Below, one piece after another: positions 16,028 to 25,738 of a stretch of DNA of 37,877 bases; position 1 is the stretch's first letter; each line of letters starts with the position of its first letter. The stretch is from Fidelibacterota bacterium (GTDB lineage Bacteria; Fidelibacterota; UBA2242; JAFGTP01), in contig JAIPJV010000001.1 of the NCBI GenBank assembly GCA_021734005.1, positions 1 to 37,877 of the forward strand, in the 5' to 3' direction. The position numbers and the translations under genes were made by a program. Below the pieces are notes generated by a model. That model had not been told where the DNA came from and ran no database searches. It saw only the letters and a list, made by a program, of their open reading frames with translations.

Positions 16028-17983
16028 ATGAAAACTTTGAGATTTTTGTTTGTTTTAGTATTGCTCCCTTTATTATTTATTTCCTTTATTTGGGGAATGG
16101 ATGAAGGAAGGAAAGAGATTGATGTACCTCATGTGGACAGATCGGATATTAGTATCGATGCGGTTATGGATGAAGCCGCCTGGGGTGATGCAGCTGAAGC
16201 CAACCTTGTAACTGCAACCGGTTACAATATTTGGTACAATCCATATGGCCGAGAAATGGCTGAACCTGACTATGATGAATATTATGGTAGAATGCTATGG
16301 AGTAAAGATACTCTCTTTTTATTCCTTCATATGGATGAATATGTAAACGATAGTACTGGTGTTTGGTTTGGAGATGCCTGGCAAGGGGATCAGATTTTCA
16401 TAGGATTGTCAAATCGTCTGGGTAAAGAGATGATGGGTTGGTATGATGGGAATACTTATGCAGCTCCTGATGGCCCCTATCATTGGCTAGTATTGGGAGA
16501 AAATTTATCACTTAATGGTGATCCGGATACAACCTGGATTCCAGAACCTTATCGATTTAGCTATGCCGATTCCTTTGGAACATTCAAATCAGAATATTAT
16601 GGAGAATGGGCTACCAATATTGATTCTGCAGAGGGGGTGTATGATCTTGAAATAGCAATCCATCACCCAAATGTTAGCGCTCAATCTTCGATAAGTTTCA
16701 ATATCGGTGGTAGTAATGGTTCCGAAAGCCATTATTTGAAAGAGTGGGATGCTTACGCGTATTATTGCTGGCAGCCCAGTGTACCAAATGATCCTTTCGC
16801 TCCAGCAGCTGATGAAGATCCAGGAGCTGAAGTTTTAAAATATTCTAGAAACTGGCCAATTTTAAATTTTATCCCGGATGATCCGGAAGTAGCAGTCAGA
16901 AAAGAAATTAATGTACCCAAAGTGGATCCTTCTGAAATTAATTTTGATGCAGTAATGGATGAAGCAGCCTGGGGTGATGCGGCTGAAGCCAACCTTGTAA
17001 CTGCAACCGGTTACAATATTTGGTACAATCCATATGGCCGAGAAATGGCTGAACCTGACTATGATGAATATTATGGTAGAATGCTATGGAGTAAAGATAC
17101 TCTCTATTTGTTTCTTCATATGGATGAATATGTAAACGATAGTACTGGTGTTTGGTTTGGAGATGCCTGGCAAGGGGATCAGATTTTCATAGGATTGTCA
17201 AATCGTCTTGGCAAAGAGATGATGGGGTGGTACGATGGAAATACTTATGCAGCCCCCGATGGCCCTTATCATTGGCTAGTATTGGGAGACAATATGTCAC
17301 TTAATGGCGATCCAGATACAGTTTGGATCCCAGAGGAATACCGGTTTGGCCATTGGGATTCACTTGCCATAGGTAGTATAAAATCAACCAATTTTGGAAG
17401 ATGGGCTACTAATATTGATTCTGCTGAAGGAGTATATGATCTTGAAATAGCAATTTATCATCCTAATGTTGATTCTCTATCTTCTATCAGCTTTAATATA
17501 GGTGGTAGTAATGGTTCTGAAAGCCATTATTTGAAAGAGTGGGATGCTTATTCTTATTATTGCTGGCAGCCTAGTATACCAAATGATCCGTTTGCACCAG
17601 CAGCTGATGAAGACCCTGGAGCTGAAGTCCTAAAATATTCCAGAAATTGGCCTGTCTTACATTTTGGAGCTAGTGAAACTGGTATTATTGCCTCTGAAGG
17701 AGTAAATAATAAACCTGTTAACTTTAATTTAAAACAGAACTATCCAAATCCTTTTAATCCAAAGACTACAATTCGATTTGAAGTCAACAAAGAATCAGCA
17801 ATCACTCTTAAAGTTTTTGATATGGTTGGCAGGGAAGTCGCTACTTTGATTGAAGAACGACCCTTTTCTAGTGGTATTTATTCAGTTTCTTGGAATGCTG
17901 TTAATTATGCAAGTGGTGTTTACTTTTACCAATTAAGCACAAATGACCATTATGAAACTAAAAAGATGGTGTTACTAAAGTAG
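16028..17983 (+). CDS. secreted protein with two tandem CBM9-like (carbohydrate-binding) modules and a T9SS C-terminal sorting domain
   Basis: Strong RBS (agaggagg) and a signal peptide. A 263-aa unit is repeated twice; each opens with I(D/N)xDAVMDEAAWGDAAEANL, which resembles CBM9/DOMON-like modules. The C-terminus (nt 17726-17980), NYPNPFNPKTTIRFEV...VFDMVGREVATL...GIYSVSWNA...ASGVYFYQL...KKMVLLK, fits the T9SS type A sorting domain. Confidence 0.8.
   Translation: MKTLRFLFVLVLLPLLFISFIWGMDEGRKEIDVPHVDRSDISIDAVMDEAAWGDAAEANLVTATGYNIWYNPYGREMAEPDYDEYYGRMLWSKDTLFLFLHMDEYVNDSTGVWFGDAWQGDQIFIGLSNRLGKEMMGWYDGNTYAAPDGPYHWLVLGENLSLNGDPDTTWIPEPYRFSYADSFGTFKSEYYGEWATNIDSAEGVYDLEIAIHHPNVSAQSSISFNIGGSNGSESHYLKEWDAYAYYCWQPSVPNDPFAPAADEDPGAEVLKYSRNWPILNFIPDDPEVAVRKEINVPKVDPSEINFDAVMDEAAWGDAAEANLVTATGYNIWYNPYGREMAEPDYDEYYGRMLWSKDTLYLFLHMDEYVNDSTGVWFGDAWQGDQIFIGLSNRLGKEMMGWYDGNTYAAPDGPYHWLVLGDNMSLNGDPDTVWIPEEYRFGHWDSLAIGSIKSTNFGRWATNIDSAEGVYDLEIAIYHPNVDSLSSISFNIGGSNGSESHYLKEWDAYSYYCWQPSIPNDPFAPAADEDPGAEVLKYSRNWPVLHFGASETGIIASEGVNNKPVNFNLKQNYPNPFNPKTTIRFEVNKESAITLKVFDMVGREVATLIEERPFSSGIYSVSWNAVNYASGVYFYQLSTNDHYETKKMVLLK
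16112..17689 (+). repeat. intragenic tandem duplication, 2 x 789 bp
   Basis: Unit 1 is 16112-16900 and unit 2 is 16901-17689. Hand alignment shows identical runs 16193-16316 = 16982-17105 (124 bp) and 16325-16419 = 17114-17208 (95 bp). The flanks are more diverged. Confidence 0.9.
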
Positions 17984-17990
17984 AGTTAGA

Positions 17991-18022
17991 ATGGATGCCA
18001 TGGGGAATCCTATGGCATCCAT
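17991..18022 (+). terminator. stem-loop after the T9SS-cargo gene (possible terminator lacking a U-tract)
   Basis: An 11-bp perfect stem atggatgccat / atggcatccat with a 10-nt loop, 8 nt after the stop codon. It is followed by an A-run rather than a T-run, so terminator function is uncertain. Confidence 0.3.
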
Positions 18023-18079
18023 CCCATTGCGAAGAAAAAAAACGATGTGATAATATAAATAAATTTGGGGAAAAATAAA

Positions 18080-19033
18080 ATGAAGATTGCCAAGCTAAGA
18101 GGAGCCCATGATTTTGTGATTGAGAATATGGAAAGTCCCAAAATTGGTAAAAATGAATGCTTGATAAAAGTAAAAGCATGTGGTGTATGTCATTCTGAAA
18201 TTGATCAATGGGCAAATACTTTATCAAATCTGGAATATCCCCGTTTTATTGGGCACGAAGTTTCCGGGGAAATAATCCAGGTCGGAAGCCAGGTAGAAAA
18301 ATTCAATCCAGGTGATCGTGTTGCTGTTTGGGTTGACCAAAAAGGATACGCTTCTGAAGTCGCTGTAGCCTCTGAACGGATATTCCCAATTGATGATTCT
18401 GTTTCTTTCGAAGAGGCTATGGCTGAACCTTTATCCTGTACTACCAATGGAGTGATTGAGGCCGATATTGAGTTAGCCGATACTGTAGCATTAGTTGGAA
18501 CAGGCTTTATGGGATTGATTTTATTACAACAAATAAAATTGAAAGGTGCTACTAAGGTAATAGCTATTGATATTAGAGATGATATATTAGAGGTTGCAAC
18601 CCAACTTGGTGCCGATGTGACGCTGAACCCTAATAGAGTAAATATAGAAAAATGGGTAAAAAAAATCACAGATGGGAAAGGTGTCGATGCAGCCTTTGAA
18701 GTTGGTGGAAAACAGGCAACGCTTGATTTAACTTCTAAAATAATTCGGATGGAAGGTAAACTTATTATTTTTGGTTATCATCCGGGTAGGCGAGAAATAG
18801 AGGACCTTGGATATTGGAACTGGATGGCATTTAAATTAATTAATGCCCATTTCAGAAATATGAAAACTATTCTACAAGGTGCGGATATTGGTATCAAACT
18901 TTTGAACTCTGGTAAAGTTCAGATGAAACCGCTGATTACCCATACATTTCCCCTCGAAGAGATTGAAAAAGCATTCCAGGCTGCAAAGAATAAGCCAGAA
19001 GGATTTATTAAATCTGTAATTACTTTTAGATAA
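18080..19033 (+). CDS. zinc-dependent alcohol/polyol dehydrogenase (medium-chain dehydrogenase/reductase (MDR) family)
   Basis: Catalytic Zn motifs GVCHSEID and GHEVSGEI. Rossmann motif LVGTGFMGL. The ORF track starts at TTG 18065; ATG 18080 (MKIAKLRG...) is preferred. Confidence 0.85.
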   Translation: MKIAKLRGAHDFVIENMESPKIGKNECLIKVKACGVCHSEIDQWANTLSNLEYPRFIGHEVSGEIIQVGSQVEKFNPGDRVAVWVDQKGYASEVAVASERIFPIDDSVSFEEAMAEPLSCTTNGVIEADIELADTVALVGTGFMGLILLQQIKLKGATKVIAIDIRDDILEVATQLGADVTLNPNRVNIEKWVKKITDGKGVDAAFEVGGKQATLDLTSKIIRMEGKLIIFGYHPGRREIEDLGYWNWMAFKLINAHFRNMKTILQGADIGIKLLNSGKVQMKPLITHTFPLEEIEKAFQAAKNKPEGFIKSVITFR

Positions 19034-19265
19034 TACAAGGTTATGTCAATGAAAAATCTATCTACACAAATTATAATTGCTATCTCAAGCTTAGTAAGAT
19101 ACTTTTTGGGAACATCTAAAGCGAATTCGGTTATGCCAATCAATAGCATTCAAGATCATTACAGGATAAAAAAAATATCTATTTTGTATGAAGTTGGATT
19201 ACTCATTACGACTAATTTTAAAGTTTCAGATGTAAATCCTTTTAAATTTTCAAGAGGATAGGTAA

Positions 19266-22133
19266 ATGAATTACAATAAGATTGTTTTAAAATCGATTAA
19301 AAAAATATTAATTATATTAATTCCTATCATTTTATCGTTTTCCTATTTATTAAGGGCCGCTTCAGGAAAAATTGTAGGGAAAGTAGTAGATGCCAAGACA
19401 GGTGAATCACTTATTGGTGCGAACATTGTAATTCTGGGAGAAGATAGGGGAGCCGCAACTGATAAAGAGGGTGATTATTACATCCTAAACCTGCAACCTG
19501 GAGTATATAAAGTTAGAGCTTCAGTAATAGGTTATAAGCAGGTTACAAAAACCGAAGTAAATGTCGATATAAACCACACCACCCGAGTTGATTTTCGATT
19601 AACGAGTGAAGCATTGGAAGCCGGGGAGTCGATTGAAGTTGTTGCTGAAAAACCAATAATAGAAGTCGATAATACTTCTAGTCGTCAGATTATGGAATCA
19701 GCAGAGATTACTGCTCGACCCGTTGCTCAGCTATCTGATATGATGACTTCTATACCCGGTATAGATTTCAATCCGGAAGGTGAATTGACAGTTAGAATGG
19801 GTACCCTTGATCAGGTTTCATTTTTGATTGATGGCATGCGAGCTCGCAATCCGCTTAACTCTCAACCATATTACAATGTTAACCTGATGTCTATTCAAGA
19901 GTTAGAGGTGATTACTGGTGGCTTTGATGCAGAATATGGCGAGGCCCAATCCGGTGTTTTTAATATTATAACTAAGGAAGGTACTGATAATTATTCTGGA
20001 ACAATTGAATTTCGATGGACACCTCCTGGGGAATATCATTGGGGCACACCCTTATATGATTATTCGACAACCCGTTATTGGGAAAATACCCATGCCCGCC
20101 ATTTACAATGGTGGATTGATCACCCTGATATGTGGGTCGATCCCCAAGGCCGCAAAGGTAATGATCCAAATTGTTCATGGACCCCAGAAGAATCATATCA
20201 GCATTATATGGATACGCATCAGCCTCTTACAGATTATACTGAAAGAAGCTCCTACCAAACTGAATTTGCTCTTGGAGGACCAACACCATTTGATAATCTA
20301 AATTTTTTCGTTTCCGGCAGGTATCGTACTGCGCCACCGATTACCGGGAATTCTTATCGAGAAATGGGAAACTGGATTGATGGGACTTTTAAGTTAACTT
20401 ACAATTTCGAAGGAAATAAAAGACTCTTATTCTCTGGTTATTATAATGAAGTAAATTCTTGCCATGGTATGGAATGGATGGGGTTTGAAGGTGATTATGG
20501 AAATAAGTATGCTTATAATGATTTTCAAGGATATCCTGAACAAAGTAGGAACGGACAGACTTTAAAGTTCGTGAATAATATTAAAAGTAATACTTATTAT
20601 GAATTGTCCTTATCACGTGTATTTAGTTATGAAAGTCAGTCGAAATTTCCAAGTGATACGGCCGATTGGACAACCAGTGATATTAGAAAAGATTATTTAA
20701 GGGCTTATGATTCTACTGGGACACCAATTCCTAATGCCTGGAACGAAACTTATGGCCTTCATTATATGGGTTACTGGTATCGAAAGGAAGATTATAACTC
20801 AGAATATAATTTAGAAGGCAAAATAACAAGCCAGATAAATAAAAATTGGCAGATGAAAGGTGGATTTGGTCTCACATATTATCATTTTGATCGCTTTCAG
20901 GAAGCAAGAGCCTGGGATGCAGTAGAAGATAGGATATACAATCCATATCAGGGTAATATATTCTGGCAAAATAAGCTCGAATTTGAAGGCCTTATAATGA
21001 ATGTGGGTCTTCGCTGGGATTTTTACAATCCCAATGATAAAATTTATCTCGACACCTATGATCCTTTTGATGTTATTGCTGCTGAAGAAGAAGGTAGAGA
21101 GCCTGATCCGGAGACTAAAGAGACCTATACTTTTGGTCAGATTTCTCCACGAATTGGAATCTCTCACCCAATAACTGAAAGGTCAGTTTTACATTTTAAT
21201 TATGGTCACTTTTTTCAACGGGCTAATTTTGGCGGGTATGGTGAAGGGGAAGACACCTATAGCATTTTATCAACATATATTATTGATCCCGAAACAGGTA
21301 TTAATGAACCGCGTAATCTAGGTAATCGTGAATTACGACCCCGGAAAACAGTGGCTTATGAACTTGGAATTGAGCAGGATTTTGGGCCTTTTATGGGTGA
21401 CGTAACAGCCTTTTATAAAGATCGAACTGATTTAGTTCGAAGTGTTACAGTCATAATGGATAATGGCCACCAGTATAAGACATCTGGAAATTCCGATTAT
21501 GCTGATGCTAAAGGCGTAGAAATATCTTTGAGACGACCAATAAGAGGCTTCTGGGGTGGATATTTAACTTATACATGGGAAACTGGAATTCGAGGTATGT
21601 CAGGAGATCCTAACACTCTTTATCCACCTGATGCAACGATGCAGGCTAGCCAGGAGCATCAGATTGGTGATAGACTTGCCTATATGAGGCCAAATCTATC
21701 GGCTAATCTAACATTTATAACACCTTCAGATATTTCTCTATTGGGAGGTGTTTTGGCTAATCTACAAATAGCTATGGACTATTATGTATCTTATCCTCAC
21801 TCTCAGATATCAAGTGATGTTTTTCAAGATGTTATTAATATTGAACGACCACCTAATAGAAATGCTAATATTCGTATAAGAAAAGAGATTGAATTAACAG
21901 ACTCCTTTCGCCCGGCTTTTTTCATAGAAATGCAGAACGCCTTCAATAATAAGTGGCATAATACAGATCTGATGGAAGGCGATGTAACAGCCCAGGACAG
22001 AGCTCGATATATTAATTCTAATCTAGAGGTATATCCGGAGAGAACTCCTAATAATGCTCCATTTCCTGACTACAATTCCTATACAAATTTGCCTCGTAAG
22101 ATCACCTTTGGTCTGTCTTTAATCTTTGAATAA
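19266..22133 (+). CDS. TonB-dependent receptor with N-terminal carboxypeptidase-regulatory-like domain
   Basis: 955 aa with a signal peptide. CarboxypepD_reg-like segment GKIVGKVVDAKTGESLIGANIVILG...YKVRASVIGYK. Plug-domain motifs (VITGGFDAEYGEAQSGVFNIITKEG), then a long beta-barrel-type sequence. Confidence 0.85.
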   Translation: MNYNKIVLKSIKKILIILIPIILSFSYLLRAASGKIVGKVVDAKTGESLIGANIVILGEDRGAATDKEGDYYILNLQPGVYKVRASVIGYKQVTKTEVNVDINHTTRVDFRLTSEALEAGESIEVVAEKPIIEVDNTSSRQIMESAEITARPVAQLSDMMTSIPGIDFNPEGELTVRMGTLDQVSFLIDGMRARNPLNSQPYYNVNLMSIQELEVITGGFDAEYGEAQSGVFNIITKEGTDNYSGTIEFRWTPPGEYHWGTPLYDYSTTRYWENTHARHLQWWIDHPDMWVDPQGRKGNDPNCSWTPEESYQHYMDTHQPLTDYTERSSYQTEFALGGPTPFDNLNFFVSGRYRTAPPITGNSYREMGNWIDGTFKLTYNFEGNKRLLFSGYYNEVNSCHGMEWMGFEGDYGNKYAYNDFQGYPEQSRNGQTLKFVNNIKSNTYYELSLSRVFSYESQSKFPSDTADWTTSDIRKDYLRAYDSTGTPIPNAWNETYGLHYMGYWYRKEDYNSEYNLEGKITSQINKNWQMKGGFGLTYYHFDRFQEARAWDAVEDRIYNPYQGNIFWQNKLEFEGLIMNVGLRWDFYNPNDKIYLDTYDPFDVIAAEEEGREPDPETKETYTFGQISPRIGISHPITERSVLHFNYGHFFQRANFGGYGEGEDTYSILSTYIIDPETGINEPRNLGNRELRPRKTVAYELGIEQDFGPFMGDVTAFYKDRTDLVRSVTVIMDNGHQYKTSGNSDYADAKGVEISLRRPIRGFWGGYLTYTWETGIRGMSGDPNTLYPPDATMQASQEHQIGDRLAYMRPNLSANLTFITPSDISLLGGVLANLQIAMDYYVSYPHSQISSDVFQDVINIERPPNRNANIRIRKEIELTDSFRPAFFIEMQNAFNNKWHNTDLMEGDVTAQDRARYINSNLEVYPERTPNNAPFPDYNSYTNLPRKITFGLSLIFE

Positions 22134-22140
22134 AAAGAAA

Positions 22141-24378
22141 ATGGTAATGACTATGAATGTAAGAATTAATCAACTAAAAACACTATTCATTTGGATTTTT
22201 ATATTTACCTCATTTGCAATTAACCCAACTGTTTTAATAGCTCAAAGGAAAGCCACTCATACTAGAGGTAAATTGTGGGAAACTATTAATAATATAGGCT
22301 TTATAGGAGATATGGGGGCCTGGGATTATGAGGAAACATCAGGTATAGGATTTTACCCGGGATTTTCTGGATATTCATTCCCAACTTTTGAAGAAGATGC
22401 TAATGGATGGATCACGGATGCTAATTTTCACAATTTCAGAAGTGGACCTGCTATTATGGTAAAAGGTGGAGAAAAGTTGGTGGCACCAGATTATAGTCCT
22501 CAGCGTCAGGATTATCTATTATATCATAGCGCTTTTGATGGAGCTGACCATGGAATTTTATGGAATAACCCTCCCTTTGAGAAAACTGAAAATTTTGTAG
22601 GTTCAGAGGACTTCAATTCTTCTTTACCTGAGGAGATGAATTATTGTGAATTTCCTACTTCTACGGGTATCTCTGTAAAGATGCGATCTATGTCATGGAG
22701 CTTTCCGAGTTATGATGATTTTATTATTTATGATTACACCTTTGTCAATACTGGAGATATGGTTATCCCCGCTTTAGGAGAGGTGAAACATCATGAACAA
22801 ACTTTTGATTCAGTATGGGTAGTATTCCATAGCGGTATTCAGGTATCTACAAAGGGGCATCTAAATTTTCACTACAATCCGGACTTTATGCAATCAGCAG
22901 CACCTGCTGGTGGTTTTGGAGGCTGGGATCAAATTGAGAAGGGGGGTACCTATACAGATTATTTCGCAATTGAAAATAATGGTAAAGATGGCAAAGGTTT
23001 ACTATTTTACAGCCGGGATTACAATGGAGGCCGTGAACCTCACCCAGATGATACTTATGGTAAAATGCCTAATTGGGAAAATCAATTAAAATATGATCAA
23101 AGTTTTGAAAATATAGCTTTACAGGACCCAGCCTGTTTTGGCTTTGCTTTTCTTTATCGCACCCTTCCCAATGATGGAAGTTCTACTGATCCATTCGAGG
23201 CTGACCCCAATTATGTCAATGTCTATAATGATGAAGGTGATAGCTTCCAGGGTAGGACATTGGATATGAATGAATATTTTTCTACTGCTCGCTTGAGTCG
23301 GAAAGGGATGTATGATTTTATTACCCATAATAGAATTCCGGATGAAAATAATGGGGATATGTACTGCTTCTATACTAATACTTTTGGTCCTTATTCAATG
23401 TCACCCGGTGATACTGTTCGTTTGATATTAGCTGAGGTGGCTGGCAGCCTGGATCTTCATGAGATCATTCGGGGCGACCCGAATCACTATTATCCTGATA
23501 GTTCAATAGTGGATATCAGGCGTAATACAGCAGCAGCAAGGAAGGCAGTAAAATGGGGTTATGGTGCTCAGGTAGAAGGAGTTAATATTGCTGCTGATGT
23601 ACCAGAATCACCACCTGCCCCCAATTGCCTAGCAACTAATGCTTCCATAGGTGCTGATACTGCAATAATTTCAGTAGAGTGGGATAAGTTAGCTGAAGAA
23701 ACTAAAATTGAAGATGGAACGGGTAACATTTTTTATAATGGGTCCGAAGATTTAAGTGGCTACCGTATTTTTAGAGGAAAAGATAAAAGGGGTATCTGGA
23801 CATTATTAGCTGATATCCCGATTGAAGACGCAGAAGAATACTGGAATGAAGAAAGTGGCAATTACCAGTATAAAGATACAGATCTCCAATTTGGTTTTGA
23901 ATCACGATATTATGTCCAGGCTTACTATTCCAATCCTAAGACCTGGGTATCAGCAAATGGTACAGAGGTTCAAGACCTAGGAGAACTAGTTAGTGATGAT
24001 TATAATATGACTGCGTTAATTGGCGCTCGCCCAGGACCGGTCTCAATTGAAGAAGGCTGGGACGTTTTTGTAGCTCCCAATCCTTTTGTAGAGGGAGATC
24101 CTGATCGTAGCTTTGGTGATCCTACGCCTTATAAAATAGAATTTCGAAATCTTCCAGAAAAAGCAACTATAAAAATATTTGCACTCTCAGGTGATCTGGT
24201 AAAAACAATTGAGCATGGCCCTGATGAGTACGGAAACCTATACGGAAGTACAGCCTGGTTCCAAAGGTCTGATTCTGGTTTAAGAGTTGCACCAGGAGTT
24301 TATATCTACGCTATAGAATCTCACACAGAGGCATCTAAAGGTAAACGTACGGTTGGAAAATTAATGATCATTAGGTAA
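22141..24378 (+). CDS. large secreted hypothetical protein with FN3-like module and T9SS-type C-terminal domain
   Basis: The ORF track starts at TTG 22126, overlapping the receptor stop. ATGs at 22141, 22147 and 22153 are alternatives. Signal-like LFIWIFIFTSFAINPTVLIA. FN3-like segment (...DLSGYRIFRGKD...YQYKDTDL...YYVQAY). C-terminus (nt 24067-24375): FVAPNPF...ATIKIFALSGDLVKTIEH...APGVYIYAIE...GKLMIIR. Confidence 0.7.
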   Translation: MVMTMNVRINQLKTLFIWIFIFTSFAINPTVLIAQRKATHTRGKLWETINNIGFIGDMGAWDYEETSGIGFYPGFSGYSFPTFEEDANGWITDANFHNFRSGPAIMVKGGEKLVAPDYSPQRQDYLLYHSAFDGADHGILWNNPPFEKTENFVGSEDFNSSLPEEMNYCEFPTSTGISVKMRSMSWSFPSYDDFIIYDYTFVNTGDMVIPALGEVKHHEQTFDSVWVVFHSGIQVSTKGHLNFHYNPDFMQSAAPAGGFGGWDQIEKGGTYTDYFAIENNGKDGKGLLFYSRDYNGGREPHPDDTYGKMPNWENQLKYDQSFENIALQDPACFGFAFLYRTLPNDGSSTDPFEADPNYVNVYNDEGDSFQGRTLDMNEYFSTARLSRKGMYDFITHNRIPDENNGDMYCFYTNTFGPYSMSPGDTVRLILAEVAGSLDLHEIIRGDPNHYYPDSSIVDIRRNTAAARKAVKWGYGAQVEGVNIAADVPESPPAPNCLATNASIGADTAIISVEWDKLAEETKIEDGTGNIFYNGSEDLSGYRIFRGKDKRGIWTLLADIPIEDAEEYWNEESGNYQYKDTDLQFGFESRYYVQAYYSNPKTWVSANGTEVQDLGELVSDDYNMTALIGARPGPVSIEEGWDVFVAPNPFVEGDPDRSFGDPTPYKIEFRNLPEKATIKIFALSGDLVKTIEHGPDEYGNLYGSTAWFQRSDSGLRVAPGVYIYAIESHTEASKGKRTVGKLMIIR

Positions 24379-24423
24379 AAGTAAGTTAAAGGATTTTTTC
24401 AATAGAATTTTAAGGATTATAAT

Positions 24424-25425
24424 ATGAAGTATATTAATTCAAAAACCGTTAGTATCCTCATAGTTATATTAATATTTTTTAATCTTGGTCAAGCAGGTGA
24501 CGATTTTAATAAAGCTGGAAGAACTTCTTTTCAGTTTCTAAAAATTGGTATTGGGGCCCGAGCTACATCTATGGGTGAAGCATGTATCGCTAATACAAGT
24601 GGTATAAATGCTATCTTATGGAATCCAGCTGGGGTTGCAAGTATCCAAAATTTCGAAACCTCTTTTAGTTATAACCAATGGCTAGGCGATATGAATATTA
24701 TGTCGGGAGCGATTGGGTATAGATTAGGAGGAATTGGCGTTGTTGGGTTAGATTACATATCTTTAGACTATGGAGATATACCTGAAGCCCTTGTAACAAA
24801 TACAACTGGTAAATTAGATACTAGAACAGGGGAATTTTTTACAGGAGGCGACCTTCAGCTAGGGATCGGTTTTGCAAAAAGATTCACAAATAAACTGTCT
24901 ATTGGTATTCATACCAAATATTTACGCGAAGACCTTTTTACATATTCTACTGATCTATGGGCTTTTGATGTCGGCACTTATTATCATACGGGATGGAAAG
25001 GTATTAGATTAGCGATGAGCGCTCAAAATTTTGCTTCTCAAGCACGCTGGTTATATACCCAGCAGAAGATTAAACAACAATATCAATTACCACTTCTCTT
25101 TAGAATTGGTACATCTATCGATCTCATAGGGGGCCCAGACTTATTCTTCGGAGGAAATCCTAATGTACAACGCCTAGCTCTTAATTTTGACGCAATTCAT
25201 TCTAATGATTATGCTGAAAGACTAAATATAGGGGCTGAATATTGGCTGTTTAACAAATTCGCTCTTCGAAGTGGCTATCGCCTAAATAGAGATGAAGGGA
25301 AGTTTAGCGCAGGTGGTGCTATTAATTATAAAACAAATATCATGCATATAATGATAGATTATGCATTTGTTGATTATGATTATCTCAATTCTGTGCATCG
25401 ATTTTCATTAACATTAAAATTTTAA
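24424..25425 (+). CDS. PorV/PorQ-family-like outer-membrane beta-barrel protein
   Basis: Signal peptide. The N-terminal signature GRTSFQFLKIGIGARATSMGEACIANTSGINAILWNPAGVA fits the FLxI..ARxxxMG.A..A.......WNPA pattern of PorV/PorQ/UPF0164-type barrels. C-terminal ...HRFSLTLKF. Confidence 0.7.
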   Translation: MKYINSKTVSILIVILIFFNLGQAGDDFNKAGRTSFQFLKIGIGARATSMGEACIANTSGINAILWNPAGVASIQNFETSFSYNQWLGDMNIMSGAIGYRLGGIGVVGLDYISLDYGDIPEALVTNTTGKLDTRTGEFFTGGDLQLGIGFAKRFTNKLSIGIHTKYLREDLFTYSTDLWAFDVGTYYHTGWKGIRLAMSAQNFASQARWLYTQQKIKQQYQLPLLFRIGTSIDLIGGPDLFFGGNPNVQRLALNFDAIHSNDYAERLNIGAEYWLFNKFALRSGYRLNRDEGKFSAGGAINYKTNIMHIMIDYAFVDYDYLNSVHRFSLTLKF

Positions 25426-25668
25426 CTATTAAAAATTATAGTAGATTTAAGATTTTAAAATGAATTGTCCTTTAGTAATTATTTTTAGGCACATATTTTT
25501 AGAAAATCAAAATTATTATTTGATGGATATTAAGGTCGTTGGGTAAATAGAATTATTTGAGTTATTTTCATATTTTATTAGTGTAAACCGGATAATATAA
25601 TTTAAAATTAGCGAATTAAAAGTGACCAGATTTTGATACAAAAAAACAGAGCAATGTCTATAAAATAG

Positions 25669-25697
25669 TTGACACCAAAGGAATATAACAGTAAAAA
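25669..25697 (+). promoter_or_regulatory. candidate promoter upstream of the large glycoside hydrolase gene
   Basis: TTGACA (25669-25674), 17-nt spacer, TAAAAA(T) (25692-25697), about 40 nt upstream of ATG 25739. It lies in a 313-bp AT-rich intergenic gap. No GAAAACGATTGT operator copy is seen here. Confidence 0.3.
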
Positions 25698-25738
25698 TAT
25701 GAAAAAGTTAATTTGATAAACCTATAAAGAGGAATTGT

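Noticed and set aside
18205-18669. A 154-aa minus-strand ORF inside the Zn-dependent dehydrogenase gene.
   Set aside because: It is antisense to a gene with unambiguous catalytic and Rossmann motifs, and its S/T/A/P-rich translation has no motif.
19043-19261. A 72-aa + strand ORF in the 232-bp gap between the dehydrogenase and the TonB-dependent receptor.
   Set aside because: It has no RBS, shows no recognisable motif or clear transmembrane pattern, and fills a gap that more plausibly holds regulatory sequence. It is treated as non-coding, though a small protein cannot be excluded.
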